From Thainema sp. (GTDB lineage: Bacteria > Cyanobacteriota > Cyanobacteriia > Phormidesmidales > Phormidesmidaceae), in NCBI GenBank assembly GCA_052168235.1, contig JBQLZK010000011.1, positions 30,910 through 94,909 on the forward strand: a stretch of DNA of 64,000 nucleotides, in the 5' to 3' direction. The first letter of the stretch is position 1. Each line of letters begins with the position of its first letter. Below, in pieces: positions 10,393 to 20,132 of the stretch. Both the position numbers and the translations under genes were made by a program. The notes under the pieces were generated by a model. That model had not been told where the DNA came from, made no database searches, and worked only from the letters and a program-made list of their open reading frames with translations.

Positions 10393-10437
10393 GTTAACGT
10401 TGGATAAGTTAACGATGAATAAGTTAACGATGAATAA
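10393..10437. repeat. Three 15-bp tandem repeats (GTTAACGATGAATAA-like) over the ydcF stop
   Basis: gttaacgttggataa gttaacgatgaataa gttaacgatgaataa. Confidence 0.75.
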
Positions 10438-11008
10438 AATAATGAAAACTTGCGCCCGTGCGTCCCGTCAATAACCAAAATAGCGATCGCAAACAGTCCC
10501 GCACAGTTCTCAACGGAGACTCGTGGCGCGGAATCGGCGATGTAACCACAATCGGAGTCGCGGCAATGCCACGGCTCCCTAAAACGATGTAGGCAATTGC
10601 TAAGGCGCGGGTCATGTGATAGTCCGACGTAATCACATAAATATGCTGAATATGGCGCGTTCTAAAGTCCCGCACCGTACAGGTAAAGTTCGTCACGGTA
10701 TCAATCGCGCAAAAGTCATAGTGGACTCGCTGAGCCTCAATTCCCGCCTGCTGAAAAATGAGTTGATTAGTGCGTTGGCCAGCCGGATTGCCTGAAACCC
10801 AAATTGGCAGGCTGGCATGGGTTTGAGCAACTTGAGCTGCAAAGCGAATCCGTTGCGTTTGCCCCTCCAACACCAATATCGCTTGTGGATGCGGCGCTTG
10901 ATGTTGAGCAATTGCCAAACGCACAGGGATAATACTTCCCAATCCAATGCAAGCAATCAATCCAACTATCACCAGCTTTTGGCAGCGCTGACGACGTTGA
11001 TTATTCAT
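10424..11008 (-). CDS. YdcF/DUF218 (ElyC/SanA-like) family protein
   Basis: N-terminal TM, AILVLEG, DTVTNF, VITSDYHMTRA, ESPLRTVRD; start placed at the ATG overlapping the PPIase stop (ATGAATAA) rather than 11068. Confidence 0.88.
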   Translation of the reverse strand: MNNQRRQRCQKLVIVGLIACIGLGSIIPVRLAIAQHQAPHPQAILVLEGQTQRIRFAAQVAQTHASLPIWVSGNPAGQRTNQLIFQQAGIEAQRVHYDFCAIDTVTNFTCTVRDFRTRHIQHIYVITSDYHMTRALAIAYIVLGSRGIAATPIVVTSPIPRHESPLRTVRDCLRSLFWLLTGRTGASFHYFIHR

Positions 11009-11807
11009 CCTGCGACTCATTCTCCGACTCGTTCTGTGATTCATCTTGCGATTCATTTGGTGATTCACGTTGCGACATATTCATATATGCCAATAGTTCT
11101 ACATTTAGCCATTCTTGAAACATCTCATCAATTAAGATATCTAACAGTTCAGGGGTTAGCTCTGGCGTGATCAGATCATCAATCAGCAGCAAGATAAAGC
11201 GATTATCAGCAAGTTGAATTGGCCCAACCACTTCGCCCACTTGAGCATTCGATAAATTAGAGGACACTTCAGGCAAAAGTTGCGATCGCAGTTGCTTACC
11301 GACAAACCCGCAAACGAGCCGCCGCGCTTCATCTACATCATAAATATGAGCCGCTTCAAAGAAACTCATTTCATCTTCTTCAATCTGATAGAAGATTTCA
11401 CGGGCTAGGGTGGCATAGGGAACCACAATCTCGTAGAGCAAAAGTTGCTCAAAATCTGTATGGTTGTGTAAGAAACGCTCATAAATTCTATCTGAAAACA
11501 AATGTCGAGCCAGTTTCTGGGCTAAGATTTTCTCTCGAATTCTTTGCTCCACTTGGCTCAAGGTCGTCATGTGTTCTGAAACCCAGGCCAAGAGCTGAGC
11601 GGGATGGTCAAATCGGTTGTCGTAGCGAATGGCCTCTAGCTCTGCCTGCACTTCGTCTGGCTCAACAGTAATCCCTTCTTGTGCAGCAGTTTGGTTAATA
11701 ATTTTTTGGGCAAGAATCGCTTTGTAGATTTCCGGCATCTGCAGATCTCGACCGAGGAAATCTATGATTTCTTGATTCGTAACTGTTATGCCTGAAAAGC
11801 TTGTCAT
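11001..11807 (-). CDS. PpiC/SurA-type peptidylprolyl isomerase-like protein of the kind found in cyanobacterial type I secretion loci
   Basis: KIINQTAAQEGITV...LAREIFYQIEEDEMSFFEAAHIYD...GEVVGPI...FQEWL. Confidence 0.85.
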   Translation of the reverse strand: MTSFSGITVTNQEIIDFLGRDLQMPEIYKAILAQKIINQTAAQEGITVEPDEVQAELEAIRYDNRFDHPAQLLAWVSEHMTTLSQVEQRIREKILAQKLARHLFSDRIYERFLHNHTDFEQLLLYEIVVPYATLAREIFYQIEEDEMSFFEAAHIYDVDEARRLVCGFVGKQLRSQLLPEVSSNLSNAQVGEVVGPIQLADNRFILLLIDDLITPELTPELLDILIDEMFQEWLNVELLAYMNMSQRESPNESQDESQNESENESQDE

Positions 11808-12129
11808 GGATAGCGATTCTCACCGTTAGGCTAACTCAACGCACATCAATAGAATTTCATGCAATCTTATCCTATGCAACGTTTTCTTTAAAGAAGCGAT
11901 AAATCAAACATTGCATACATTTTCACCTTTAAGTCTTCAACTAGAATCTTACCAAGATTTGAGAATGAGCGATAGATTTAATCAACAGTCAAGTCTCAGC
12001 TTTAATCAATAGGGCTTCAACAACAGAAGCAGTCATGTTTCCGTACCTATTGACTGACCCAGGCACATTTTAGAACACGTTTTGGGAAAGGAATGTGTAA
12101 TTAGCGTGTAAACAATCTGGACTATAGCG

Positions 12130-13008
12130 ATGAACTCAAACCATCATTTAAAGCAATCGAGTTCGAATCTTATATCGTTAATGTTAGACAGCTCAAATAC
12201 TCAGGGGCGACTTACAGAAAGTAATCGAATGAATGTGTGGAAAAATCAATTTAACTTATCAGATAGCCAATCTTTCTGTACAGGAACTGACTTACTGTCA
12301 TACCATGTACCTAGACAGCCTGAGTTCGCTCCTGATTCGAGTGATCCGCCTCTCATCGATCCATCTGAACGTGGCCACCTTATTGTCAAAGGGCGAGTGC
12401 GGCTATTATGTAATAGCGACCAGCGAGAGCAGCCATACTCAGCAACTGTCCTCACGGCAGGAGATTTGATAGGGATTGATCACTGGTTTGGCTCAGCTCC
12501 ATTGTCCTATCAGGCTGTCGCCGCAAGCGATTGTGAACTCACAGCGGTTTCTTACTCACAGCTAACCCATTTGATGGATCAATATCCGGCTCTACGGATT
12601 CATTGGCATCAGCAGATGCGGCGGCGCACCCAACGGATTTTTTTCAAGCGCTATACATCCCTACAGTCCCTGCCCACTAAGATACTCAACTGCCTACTGC
12701 TGCCCCGTCTTCAGGAAATCAGTCTGGCAGCGGGCAGCCTGTTGAGCAGCGCCCTGCTGCCAGATGAAGGCTACTTTTGGCTCCGATCCGGTGAGCTAAG
12801 CTGTCTGTCTGACCCTGAGCAAACGTTACCGATGGGCAGCGGGTGGACTGGATGGTGCGATCGCACTCGCTCTCTAGACGATTGGGTTGCCCGCACCCCC
12901 TCGCTGATTTACCATCTACAGGTTCAACCGTGGGAAACGGCTGAAATCCTGCCGATTTTAGAGAAATTGGCTTTAAGCGCTACAGATGGGATTAATGCCG
13001 AATGCTGA
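12130..13008 (+). CDS. Cyclic-nucleotide-binding-domain protein resembling the N-terminus of HetC/HlyB-like peptidase ABC transporters
   Basis: LIVKGRVRLL..L.AGDLIG..YQAVAASDCEL cNMP fold plus a degenerate second repeat (YFWLRSGEL); no C39, TM or ATPase part. Confidence 0.7.
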   Translation: MNSNHHLKQSSSNLISLMLDSSNTQGRLTESNRMNVWKNQFNLSDSQSFCTGTDLLSYHVPRQPEFAPDSSDPPLIDPSERGHLIVKGRVRLLCNSDQREQPYSATVLTAGDLIGIDHWFGSAPLSYQAVAASDCELTAVSYSQLTHLMDQYPALRIHWHQQMRRRTQRIFFKRYTSLQSLPTKILNCLLLPRLQEISLAAGSLLSSALLPDEGYFWLRSGELSCLSDPEQTLPMGSGWTGWCDRTRSLDDWVARTPSLIYHLQVQPWETAEILPILEKLALSATDGINAEC

Positions 13009-13011
13009 GCG

Positions 13012-13057
13012 CTGAGTGCCTCACTCCTCACTCCTCACTCCTCTCGCCTCACCTCCT
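13012..13057. repeat. Heptamer tandem repeat (CCTCACT), STRR-like
   Basis: cctcactcctcactcctcactcctctcgcctcacctcct between convergent genes. Confidence 0.7.
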
Positions 13058-13059
13058 AA

Positions 13060-14481
13060 TCAACCCGCCAAATGCTGCTGAGCCACTGCAGCCAGGTGGG
13101 TTGCCCAAAAACGGGCTTTGGGAGCTGTCGCAGCTTCCACCATGACGCGCAGAACGGGTTCAGTACCGGATGGGCGAACCAAAATGCGGCCCTGCTGTCC
13201 CAGAGCGGACTGGGCTTGTTCAACAGCATGATGTAAAGGCGCGCATTGCTGCCAGGATTGCCGCCGTTGCCGATCCGTAATCACAATGTTGCGCTGCTCT
13301 TGGGGATAGGGAGAAAAACTTTGCTCGACTAAAGTAGCCAGAGCAGTGCCCGATTCTCGCACCAGATTCGCCAAATGAAGCGCTGTGGACAGCCCATCAC
13401 CCGTCACCCCGTAGTGGCGGCAGAGAATATGACCCGACTGTTCACCGCCAATCATCGCTCCCAGTTCCTGCATTACGCGATGCACATGCTGATCACCCAC
13501 CGATGTCCGAATCAGCTGCCCCCCCTGACGCTGCCAAGCTTGTTCAAAGCTCAGATTAGACATCACCGTTGCAACAATCACGTTATTCGGCAGTCGCTCC
13601 CGCTGCTGTAGATGGCGACCCCAAAGATATAAGATATAGTCCCCATCGACCCGCTGCCCTCGGTGATCAACCGCCAAAACTCGATCGGCATCACCATCAA
13701 AGGCAAACCCCAGATCCGCCTGGTTGTCTAAAACCGCCTGTTGCAGAGGCGCGAGATGAGTAGAGCCACAGTTGACGTTAATGCGATCGCCCCGAGGTTC
13801 ACTGTGCAGACAAATCACCTCTGCTCCCAAGCCGCGAAACGCGTTTGGAGCGAGGAATACCGCTGCTCCCCAGGCTAGATCGAGGACAATTTTCATGCCC
13901 GTGAGTGGTTTGCTGTAACCACCGTGTAAGGGATGTAATAGGGTACTCAAATAGTCTGTCAGCAGTTCTGGACGATAAAAATGGCGACCCGGTCGAACAG
14001 AAGGCAGGGGGCAATCGTTAGTCAACTGACGAATCCCGGCTTCAATCTGCGCCTGCAATGATGCAGATAGCTTGATGCCATCCGCATCAAACAATTTGAT
14101 GCCATTATCCTCCGGCGGATTGTGGCTGGCGGAAATCATCACCCCGCCGATTGCAGCCGTCGTTTGGGTCAGATAGGCGACTGCCGGAGTCGGGCACAAC
14201 CCCACATTCCAGACCTCTAGCCCAACCGTCGTCAAGCCAGCACTGACCGCTGCCGCTAACGCCGGACTTGAGCAGCGCGAGTCTTGCCCTAAGATCATCA
14301 ACCCGCTTGTGGTTTTGGTCTGCTGCTGTAAGGTTATGCCAGCCCAAAAGCCAACCTGCTGAGCTAAGGTTAGGGTCAAGAATTCTCCGGTGCAGCCTCG
14401 AATCCCGTCGGTACCAAAGAGCGGCATGTCCGGCAGATCAGCGGTTGTGTCAGGAGCAATGGAGACAGTGGTTCTCATCAT
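13060..14481 (-). CDS. glmM: Phosphoglucosamine mutase
   Basis: LFGTDGIRG, catalytic SASHNP, DGDADR, GGEQSGH, RPSGTEP motifs. Confidence 0.92.
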   Translation of the reverse strand: MMRTTVSIAPDTTADLPDMPLFGTDGIRGCTGEFLTLTLAQQVGFWAGITLQQQTKTTSGLMILGQDSRCSSPALAAAVSAGLTTVGLEVWNVGLCPTPAVAYLTQTTAAIGGVMISASHNPPEDNGIKLFDADGIKLSASLQAQIEAGIRQLTNDCPLPSVRPGRHFYRPELLTDYLSTLLHPLHGGYSKPLTGMKIVLDLAWGAAVFLAPNAFRGLGAEVICLHSEPRGDRINVNCGSTHLAPLQQAVLDNQADLGFAFDGDADRVLAVDHRGQRVDGDYILYLWGRHLQQRERLPNNVIVATVMSNLSFEQAWQRQGGQLIRTSVGDQHVHRVMQELGAMIGGEQSGHILCRHYGVTGDGLSTALHLANLVRESGTALATLVEQSFSPYPQEQRNIVITDRQRRQSWQQCAPLHHAVEQAQSALGQQGRILVRPSGTEPVLRVMVEAATAPKARFWATHLAAVAQQHLAG

Positions 14482-14578
14482 AGATATCCCATGTTTAACG
14501 TGAGTTCGAAATGAAGAGATGCCCTGATAGGTTGTGGGGAAGTTATTGGCAAAAAGATAAGGAAAATAACAGCATCTG

Positions 14579-14606
14579 GTAGGGGCGAATGGCCATTCGC
14601 CCCTAC
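14579..14606. repeat. REP-like palindrome GTAGGGGCGAATGGCCATTCGCCCCTAC
   Basis: Perfect 28-bp palindrome; further copies at 25586, 28548, 28611, 28659, 38454 (variant) and 60460. Confidence 0.9.
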
Positions 14607-14693
14607 GGCATGGCCGTGCTTTTAAGCGTTAGCGGCAATAGCGGAGGTTTTCATCGCGACGCCAAACACCTAAGTCGGTAACCATCAACTTAC

Positions 14694-14770
14694 GTAGGAG
14701 GTATTAGCGCTAGTGCAAGTGACAAACCTTTATAAAGTGGTGCGTTACGGCTTTGCCTAACACACCCGAC
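14694..14770. repeat. Second REP-like family (GTGCGTTACGGCTTxGCCTAACxCACCC)
   Basis: Related copy at ~21468-21533. Confidence 0.7.
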
Positions 14771-14799
14771 AGTATCGTTTATTTATGCCAGCCTACTAA

Positions 14800-15990
14800 T
14801 TAGAAAAGGCCAAAGAATGGTAGAAAGAGGCCCAAGGTACTTAAGATGCCATCGACAGAGTCGGAAAAGCGGGCATTACTGGAGGGCCTGACGACAATCA
14901 CATCATCAGGATACAGAATCGGATTCGTTTCCTCATTAATGCCTTGATTGAAGCTGACTGGAATTTCGCGCTGGGAAACGGTGCCATCCGGATTAAGCCG
15001 CACCAGTTCAACGGTATTGGTGCGGGCACGGCTCGGATCGAAGCCACCAGCCGCTAATAATGCCTGATTGAGGGGAGTATTGGGCGGGACATCAAGTGGC
15101 CCAGGCGTGTTAACTTCACCCACAACATTTACTCGAACCGTAGATGGAGAAAAGCTGGCCGAGGCGATTTGGCGGGCTTCATTGGGATTCACCTGCGTCA
15201 CGGTGGGCACCAAAATAGTATCGCCATCCCGCAACGTCAAATCTTGGCTCAAATCGCCAGAACTGAGCAGTTCCCATAAATCAACTTCAATAGTTTCGGT
15301 GCGATCTCGACCGATTGCCCGTTCAACTGTAACCTGCCGCACGTCTGCCAGTTGAGTAATGCCTCCGGCTTGCTGGAGCACTTTAGTCAGCGTGGGCCAG
15401 CGTCGCTCAGCCTCGACATCGCTGCCGTTTTCGCCTGCAAAATCCACCTGATAGGAACCGGGCCGATTGACCGCACCAGCCACGCTCACCTGTAGCGGTC
15501 GTGGCGTAATCAAGCTAATGGTGATGACGGGATTTCTCAAATAGTGCGCATATGCGATCGCAATGGCATCGGCAGCTTCATCCAAGGTCAGCCCTGCCAC
15601 ATAGACGTTGCCAACCCATTCCAAACTAATGGAACCATCCACCAAGATCCGCTCGTTGCCGCTGTGTTCGGGGACATTAAAGATTTCAAGCTCGATTAGG
15701 TCACCTGCTCCCAGGATGTAGTCTTCGTCAATTGTATCCGCCAACGGGAAAGCGGCTTCGGACTGTTCAATAGCTGGGGTGGTTGCAGCAGTCGGGACGG
15801 CGGCAGAGGGTATTGCCGTCGGCACTGTTTCAATTGGCACTGTTTCAGTTGGCAATGTTCCGTTAGCAGACGTTTCCGATGGCGGTGTTTCCGCTAGGGT
15901 CGGTGCAGCAACGAGAGCGGCTAAGGCCAACGTCAGACCACTCTGACAAATCCAAACTAAGCTGCGAGACGGGTGAATCGAGATACGCAT
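14800..15990 (-). CDS. wza: Polysaccharide export protein, Wza/SLBB family
   Basis: Signal peptide, YILGAGDLI poly_export domain, SLBB repeats (VAGAVNRPG, VVGEVNTPG). Confidence 0.92.
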   Translation of the reverse strand: MRISIHPSRSLVWICQSGLTLALAALVAAPTLAETPPSETSANGTLPTETVPIETVPTAIPSAAVPTAATTPAIEQSEAAFPLADTIDEDYILGAGDLIELEIFNVPEHSGNERILVDGSISLEWVGNVYVAGLTLDEAADAIAIAYAHYLRNPVITISLITPRPLQVSVAGAVNRPGSYQVDFAGENGSDVEAERRWPTLTKVLQQAGGITQLADVRQVTVERAIGRDRTETIEVDLWELLSSGDLSQDLTLRDGDTILVPTVTQVNPNEARQIASASFSPSTVRVNVVGEVNTPGPLDVPPNTPLNQALLAAGGFDPSRARTNTVELVRLNPDGTVSQREIPVSFNQGINEETNPILYPDDVIVVRPSSNARFSDSVDGILSTLGLFLPFFGLF

Positions 15991-16009
15991 GGGACAACCT
16001 CGGAGATTA

Positions 16010-16046
16010 GGGGGTGGATGGGTGGGAGGGTAGATGGGTGGATGGG
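16010..16046. repeat. G-rich octamer-like tandem repeat (GGGTGGAT)
   Basis: gggggtggatgggtgggagggtagatgggtggatggg between pglF-like and wza. Confidence 0.6.
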
Positions 16047-16048
16047 AA

Positions 16049-18040
16049 TTACGCTGCGGATGATTGGGCGGGTTGCAGAACCGGAGGCTGCGATCGCTCT
16101 CGTTCGGGGAGGGTGGTGGGTTGAGTCACGGGCTGCTGGCTTTGGGGCTTGAATCCTGGCACGAGCTGCTTCAGCAGGGCAACAATTTTGGCGGAATCAT
16201 TATCGAGGGCAGCTTCATACAGCGCTTTGATCAGCGTATCGAGGTGACTCGGCACAATGCCAGAGGCGTTCGTCACAATAAACAGTTTGTGATGCTGGGT
16301 GGAGTCATACTGCTCGCCAGGGATAAACAGCTCTTCGTACAGCTTTTCTCCCGGTCGCAGGCCCGTAAAAGCAATCTGCATCGTCTTGCCCAGTTCGTAA
16401 CCCGAAAGCTTGATCAGCTCTTTAGCCAGGTCAACAATCTTGACGGGCTGGCCCATATCGAGCATAAACACTTCGCCACCGCGACCAATTACTGCCGCTT
16501 GTAGCACCAGCTGCACCGCTTCGGGAATGGTCATAAAGTAGCGACAGATGTCGGGATGAGTCACCGTGACTGGGCCACCTTCAGCGATCTGGCGTTTAAA
16601 TGTGGGCACCACGCTGCCCCGACTGCCCAAAACATTGCCAAATCGCACTACTTCATAGGGTCGTCCACTTTGCTGAGCGGCTTGCAGCACAACCATTTCA
16701 GCGGCTCGCTTGCTGGCTCCCATGATGTTAGTGGGGTTCACCGCTTTGTCCGTCGAAATCATCACAAAGCGACCGACATTGTACTTGAGCGCCAGCGTCA
16801 CCAAATTGCGAGTCCCATGCACGTTATTCGTAATCGCTTCAGGCGCATTGAACTCCATCATCGGCACATGCTTATGCGCCGCCGCATGAAAGACGATCTG
16901 GGGCTTGAACTCCTTAAAGGCATACTCCAGCCGGGGCAAAAAGCGAATGTCGGCAATGCAAGCGGAGATTTTGGGCAGATACGGCCACTGCTGCTCGGCC
17001 TGTAGATTTCTCAGGCTTTTCTCCAGCTCCTGCTGAATATTGAAGACGGAGTTTTCACCGTGGCCAACCAGCAGTAACTCAGATGGGCCGCGCTGTAGCA
17101 CCTGGCGACAGAGTTCACTACCGATCGAACCTCCCGCGCCAGTCACCATCACCCGCTGTCCCTGAATTAGATGGGAGACTTGTTCCACATCCATCTGAAT
17201 AGGTTCGCGGCGCAGCAAATCCTCAATCTGCACGTCCCGCACTCGCCCAATGGACACCCGACCGTTGAGAATCTCGTGAATACCCGGTAGGGCGCTGGTC
17301 GGCACACCGACGTGCTGGCAGATGTCCAATACTTCGCGAATCACATTACCGGGAGCCGTGGGCATGGCAATAATCACCTTCCGCACATGCAGCGATCGCA
17401 CGAGTTCAGGAATGCAGTAGCGATCGCCCGCGACTGGTAAGCGGCGAATGCGCAGGTTGAGCTTGGCTGGGTCATCATCCACAAAAGCAACGGGTCGCAG
17501 CCCCAAGGAGGGATTGCGCTGCATCTCTTGCACGAGAGATACACCCGCACTGCCAGCTCCCACCACTAAAACGCGATCGCGGCGGAATAGAGCGCGACGA
17601 TGGTAACGACTGTGCTCAATAGCCCGAATCCGAAATCGAATCGCTCCCACCAGCAAGAAACTGACAATTGCATCCAGCAGCGGCAGGGAACGGGGCAACT
17701 CTTCAAACAGCGTAATGTCTAAAGCTTGTCCCCAGAAGAAAAACAGGGACTGCAACACAATCGCGGCCACCATTGCTAACGCGATTTGCTGTAGCTCATC
17801 AATGCTGGCATAGCGCCAAAAGCGTTTGTAAAAACCCATGGCATAGAGAATGCCAAACTTGATCACCAGAAAGTGCAGGGTAAGCCAAAGTAAACCGGTT
17901 TGATACAGGCCGAAATTCACATCCCCATCAAGGCGCAATCCAAGTGCAAGTAGGGGAGAAATAAAAAATATTAGAATATCTGCGATCGCAAAGTGGCGGT
18001 TTCGCAATCTGGACATTTTTTTAGGTGCGACATAAAACAT
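16049..18040 (-). CDS. Membrane-bound UDP-GlcNAc 4,6-dehydratase, PglF/CapD/WbpM family
   Basis: Four N-terminal TM, GAGSAG domain, TGAGGSIGSE, HAAAHKHVP, STDKAV, MGASK, RFGNVLGSRGSV, RPGEKLYEEL. Confidence 0.95.
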   Translation of the reverse strand: MFYVAPKKMSRLRNRHFAIADILIFFISPLLALGLRLDGDVNFGLYQTGLLWLTLHFLVIKFGILYAMGFYKRFWRYASIDELQQIALAMVAAIVLQSLFFFWGQALDITLFEELPRSLPLLDAIVSFLLVGAIRFRIRAIEHSRYHRRALFRRDRVLVVGAGSAGVSLVQEMQRNPSLGLRPVAFVDDDPAKLNLRIRRLPVAGDRYCIPELVRSLHVRKVIIAMPTAPGNVIREVLDICQHVGVPTSALPGIHEILNGRVSIGRVRDVQIEDLLRREPIQMDVEQVSHLIQGQRVMVTGAGGSIGSELCRQVLQRGPSELLLVGHGENSVFNIQQELEKSLRNLQAEQQWPYLPKISACIADIRFLPRLEYAFKEFKPQIVFHAAAHKHVPMMEFNAPEAITNNVHGTRNLVTLALKYNVGRFVMISTDKAVNPTNIMGASKRAAEMVVLQAAQQSGRPYEVVRFGNVLGSRGSVVPTFKRQIAEGGPVTVTHPDICRYFMTIPEAVQLVLQAAVIGRGGEVFMLDMGQPVKIVDLAKELIKLSGYELGKTMQIAFTGLRPGEKLYEELFIPGEQYDSTQHHKLFIVTNASGIVPSHLDTLIKALYEAALDNDSAKIVALLKQLVPGFKPQSQQPVTQPTTLPERERSQPPVLQPAQSSAA

Positions 18041-18366
18041 TCGCCTTAACCTCTTTGGTGAGTTAAAAATGACACCTAGAATTATTTTTAAAAAAGAAAT
18101 TAACGTTGGCTTTGTTTCTACTTAAATTGTCAAAAACAGAATTAATTCTGAAAATATTTCTATACGAACAGTATTCAAAGCCAGTATTCAAGTCTGATAC
18201 TTTAAGCTAGTGCTGAATGATCTAGAGAAGTAAATTCATCAACTCTTTCATCAACTTTCTGAATTAGTCTTTTTAACAAGCAGATTAAAAAGCGGATCTT
18301 ACTTAAACAAAAATCATCTATGAGGAGCAATAGTGAAAGACTACTGTATTTATACGGAATCTAAAA

Positions 18367-18379
18367 TGCCAAAATGCCA
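18367..18379 (-). promoter_or_regulatory. Candidate operator TGGCA-TTT-TGGCA upstream of the pglF-like gene
   Basis: One of five intergenic (T/A)GGCA-N3-TGGCA copies in the EPS cluster. Confidence 0.45.
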
Positions 18380-18399
18380 GCACAATATACCTGCCATTC

Positions 18400-18433
18400 A
18401 AAAAAAATGCATCCAGTTTCGAGACTGGATGCA
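18400..18433 (-). terminator. Rho-independent terminator of the aminotransferase-GMC operon
   Basis: TGCATCCAGT-6 nt-ACTGGATGCA stem preceded by A8 (U-tract on the minus strand). Confidence 0.8.
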
Positions 18434-18472
18434 CCGCGAGCTATCACAACAAACTTGAGATTATAAGAGAAA

Positions 18473-20128
18473 TTATTTCTTGAGCATCATGAGATGTGCT
18501 TTTGTAGTTAATGTTTGGGGAGTCTGTTGATTAGGTAAGAAGTTAGTTTTTAGATGATCTGCAATTCTTAATGCCAGGGCTACAATTGTTAACGTAGGGT
18601 TGGCATGACCACCTGTTGGAAAGGTCGAACTACTAGCAATAAAGATGTTTGCTAAGCCATGAATTTTGCAGTTTCTATCAACGACGCCCGTACGGGGACT
18701 ATTGCTCATGCGGGTTGTGCCCATATGATGCGATGAATCCGTCAGATCAGACCATAAACTGTCAACATCGGGAATGTCACTGACCAAGCGCCCAATTCCT
18801 AAGGCTTGAAAATGGCGATCTGCAATTTGGTGCAATTGGATCAAACTTTCCTTTTCTTGGTTGGTGATGCGGAGTTTCACCTGTAATACCTGTTGCCCTA
18901 ATCGATCTCGTTGGTGGCTTAATGTAACACAGCTTTCTCGATAGGGAGCTTGCTCAAAGTGATTAAGAACAGAAATATAGGGATAGGTAATAGGCCAGTT
19001 TAAATGTTTACGGATGAAGTAGTTCGTTAAATTATCAAGATGAGGAATAAACGCTTTGAGATCATCAGCTTGGATTGCGTTCCATTTGAAGCGTTTCAAG
19101 CAGCTACCCGTCCACTGAAAGGCTTTGCTCGCTTCAGGTAGTCCCGGTAAATAACCCGGTATTAATTCAATATAGTGATTGAGCAGTTGTTCCTGCTGCT
19201 GTTGCTGTTCGGTCAGCCGAATTCCCAACTGAGCGAATCCATTTCGGGTACGAATACTGTCTAGGAAAATAGGCGATCGCAATGTTTTTGAATTGGGATA
19301 AATTTTGCCCAAGTGAATCTTAGGATGCTCCATATAGTATCGGCCCACTAAATCGTAGACATTGCCGACCCCGTGGGGAGAATAGCGTTGCGATAAGAGC
19401 AAAAGGCGGGCATTTTCCCAACCACCACAGGCCAAAATATAAACCTGCCCCTTTACCCAAAATTGGTTGCCTCGGAGGGTCCTAACTTGGAGCTGCTCAA
19501 TCGCTGTTTGTTCAGGGTTTGGCTCAATTTCAGTCACGTTTGCGTGGGTGCAAATCCGAATATTTCCAGCTTGTAGGAGATCTTGCTGATAAACTTTTCC
19601 CATCTTGAGCGGAGAAGAAGCAAACAGCGAAACCTCCGGAGCTAGCACCGCATCATCAAACAGGAAATGAGCGCGCTGATCAAGAACTTTTTGTTGCCAC
19701 TGATCAGCCTGAAACTTCTGATAGGACGGTAGCTTTAACAAACGGGCAGCTCTTTGATAAAACGGCTCCAGGGTCGCTTTGTTAAACGGCCAACCGCTGT
19801 CTTTCACCCACGACCGCGTTTGGAAGTCAATATCGTTAAGGGGAATGCAGCGTCCGGCCCAGGTGTTGGTTGAACCACCAAAGTAGCGATTACGAGAAAC
19901 ATAGCCGCGCTCCAGGCGGATGGGGTGACCAACATTTTCTACATCGTAAAGTGATTGAGTCTGATTATCGTGTTCAAAATCGCCACTTTCGAGTAATAAG
20001 ACCTGGTATTGAGTATGGATAAACTCTTTTGCGATCGCAATACCAGCGGCACCTCCACCCACAATGCAAATATCGGCTTGTAGTAAGGTGTGATCCTCAA
20101 CTTGAAAAGCATCAATAATGGATGTCAT
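18473..20128 (-). CDS. GMC-family FAD oxidoreductase
   Basis: ADICIVGGGAAG, FGGSTNTW, LACGGWENARLLL, VGRYYMEHP, HHMGTTRM, GHANPTLTIVALA. Confidence 0.92.
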   Translation of the reverse strand: MTSIIDAFQVEDHTLLQADICIVGGGAAGIAIAKEFIHTQYQVLLLESGDFEHDNQTQSLYDVENVGHPIRLERGYVSRNRYFGGSTNTWAGRCIPLNDIDFQTRSWVKDSGWPFNKATLEPFYQRAARLLKLPSYQKFQADQWQQKVLDQRAHFLFDDAVLAPEVSLFASSPLKMGKVYQQDLLQAGNIRICTHANVTEIEPNPEQTAIEQLQVRTLRGNQFWVKGQVYILACGGWENARLLLLSQRYSPHGVGNVYDLVGRYYMEHPKIHLGKIYPNSKTLRSPIFLDSIRTRNGFAQLGIRLTEQQQQQEQLLNHYIELIPGYLPGLPEASKAFQWTGSCLKRFKWNAIQADDLKAFIPHLDNLTNYFIRKHLNWPITYPYISVLNHFEQAPYRESCVTLSHQRDRLGQQVLQVKLRITNQEKESLIQLHQIADRHFQALGIGRLVSDIPDVDSLWSDLTDSSHHMGTTRMSNSPRTGVVDRNCKIHGLANIFIASSSTFPTGGHANPTLTIVALALRIADHLKTNFLPNQQTPQTLTTKAHLMMLKK

Positions 20129-20132
20129 TTTC

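Noticed and set aside
18344..18357. CTGTA-N4-TACGG palindrome (similar at 40778) as an NtcA site
   Set aside because: Spacing is N4, not the N8 of GTA-N8-TAC; too few copies to support a separate motif
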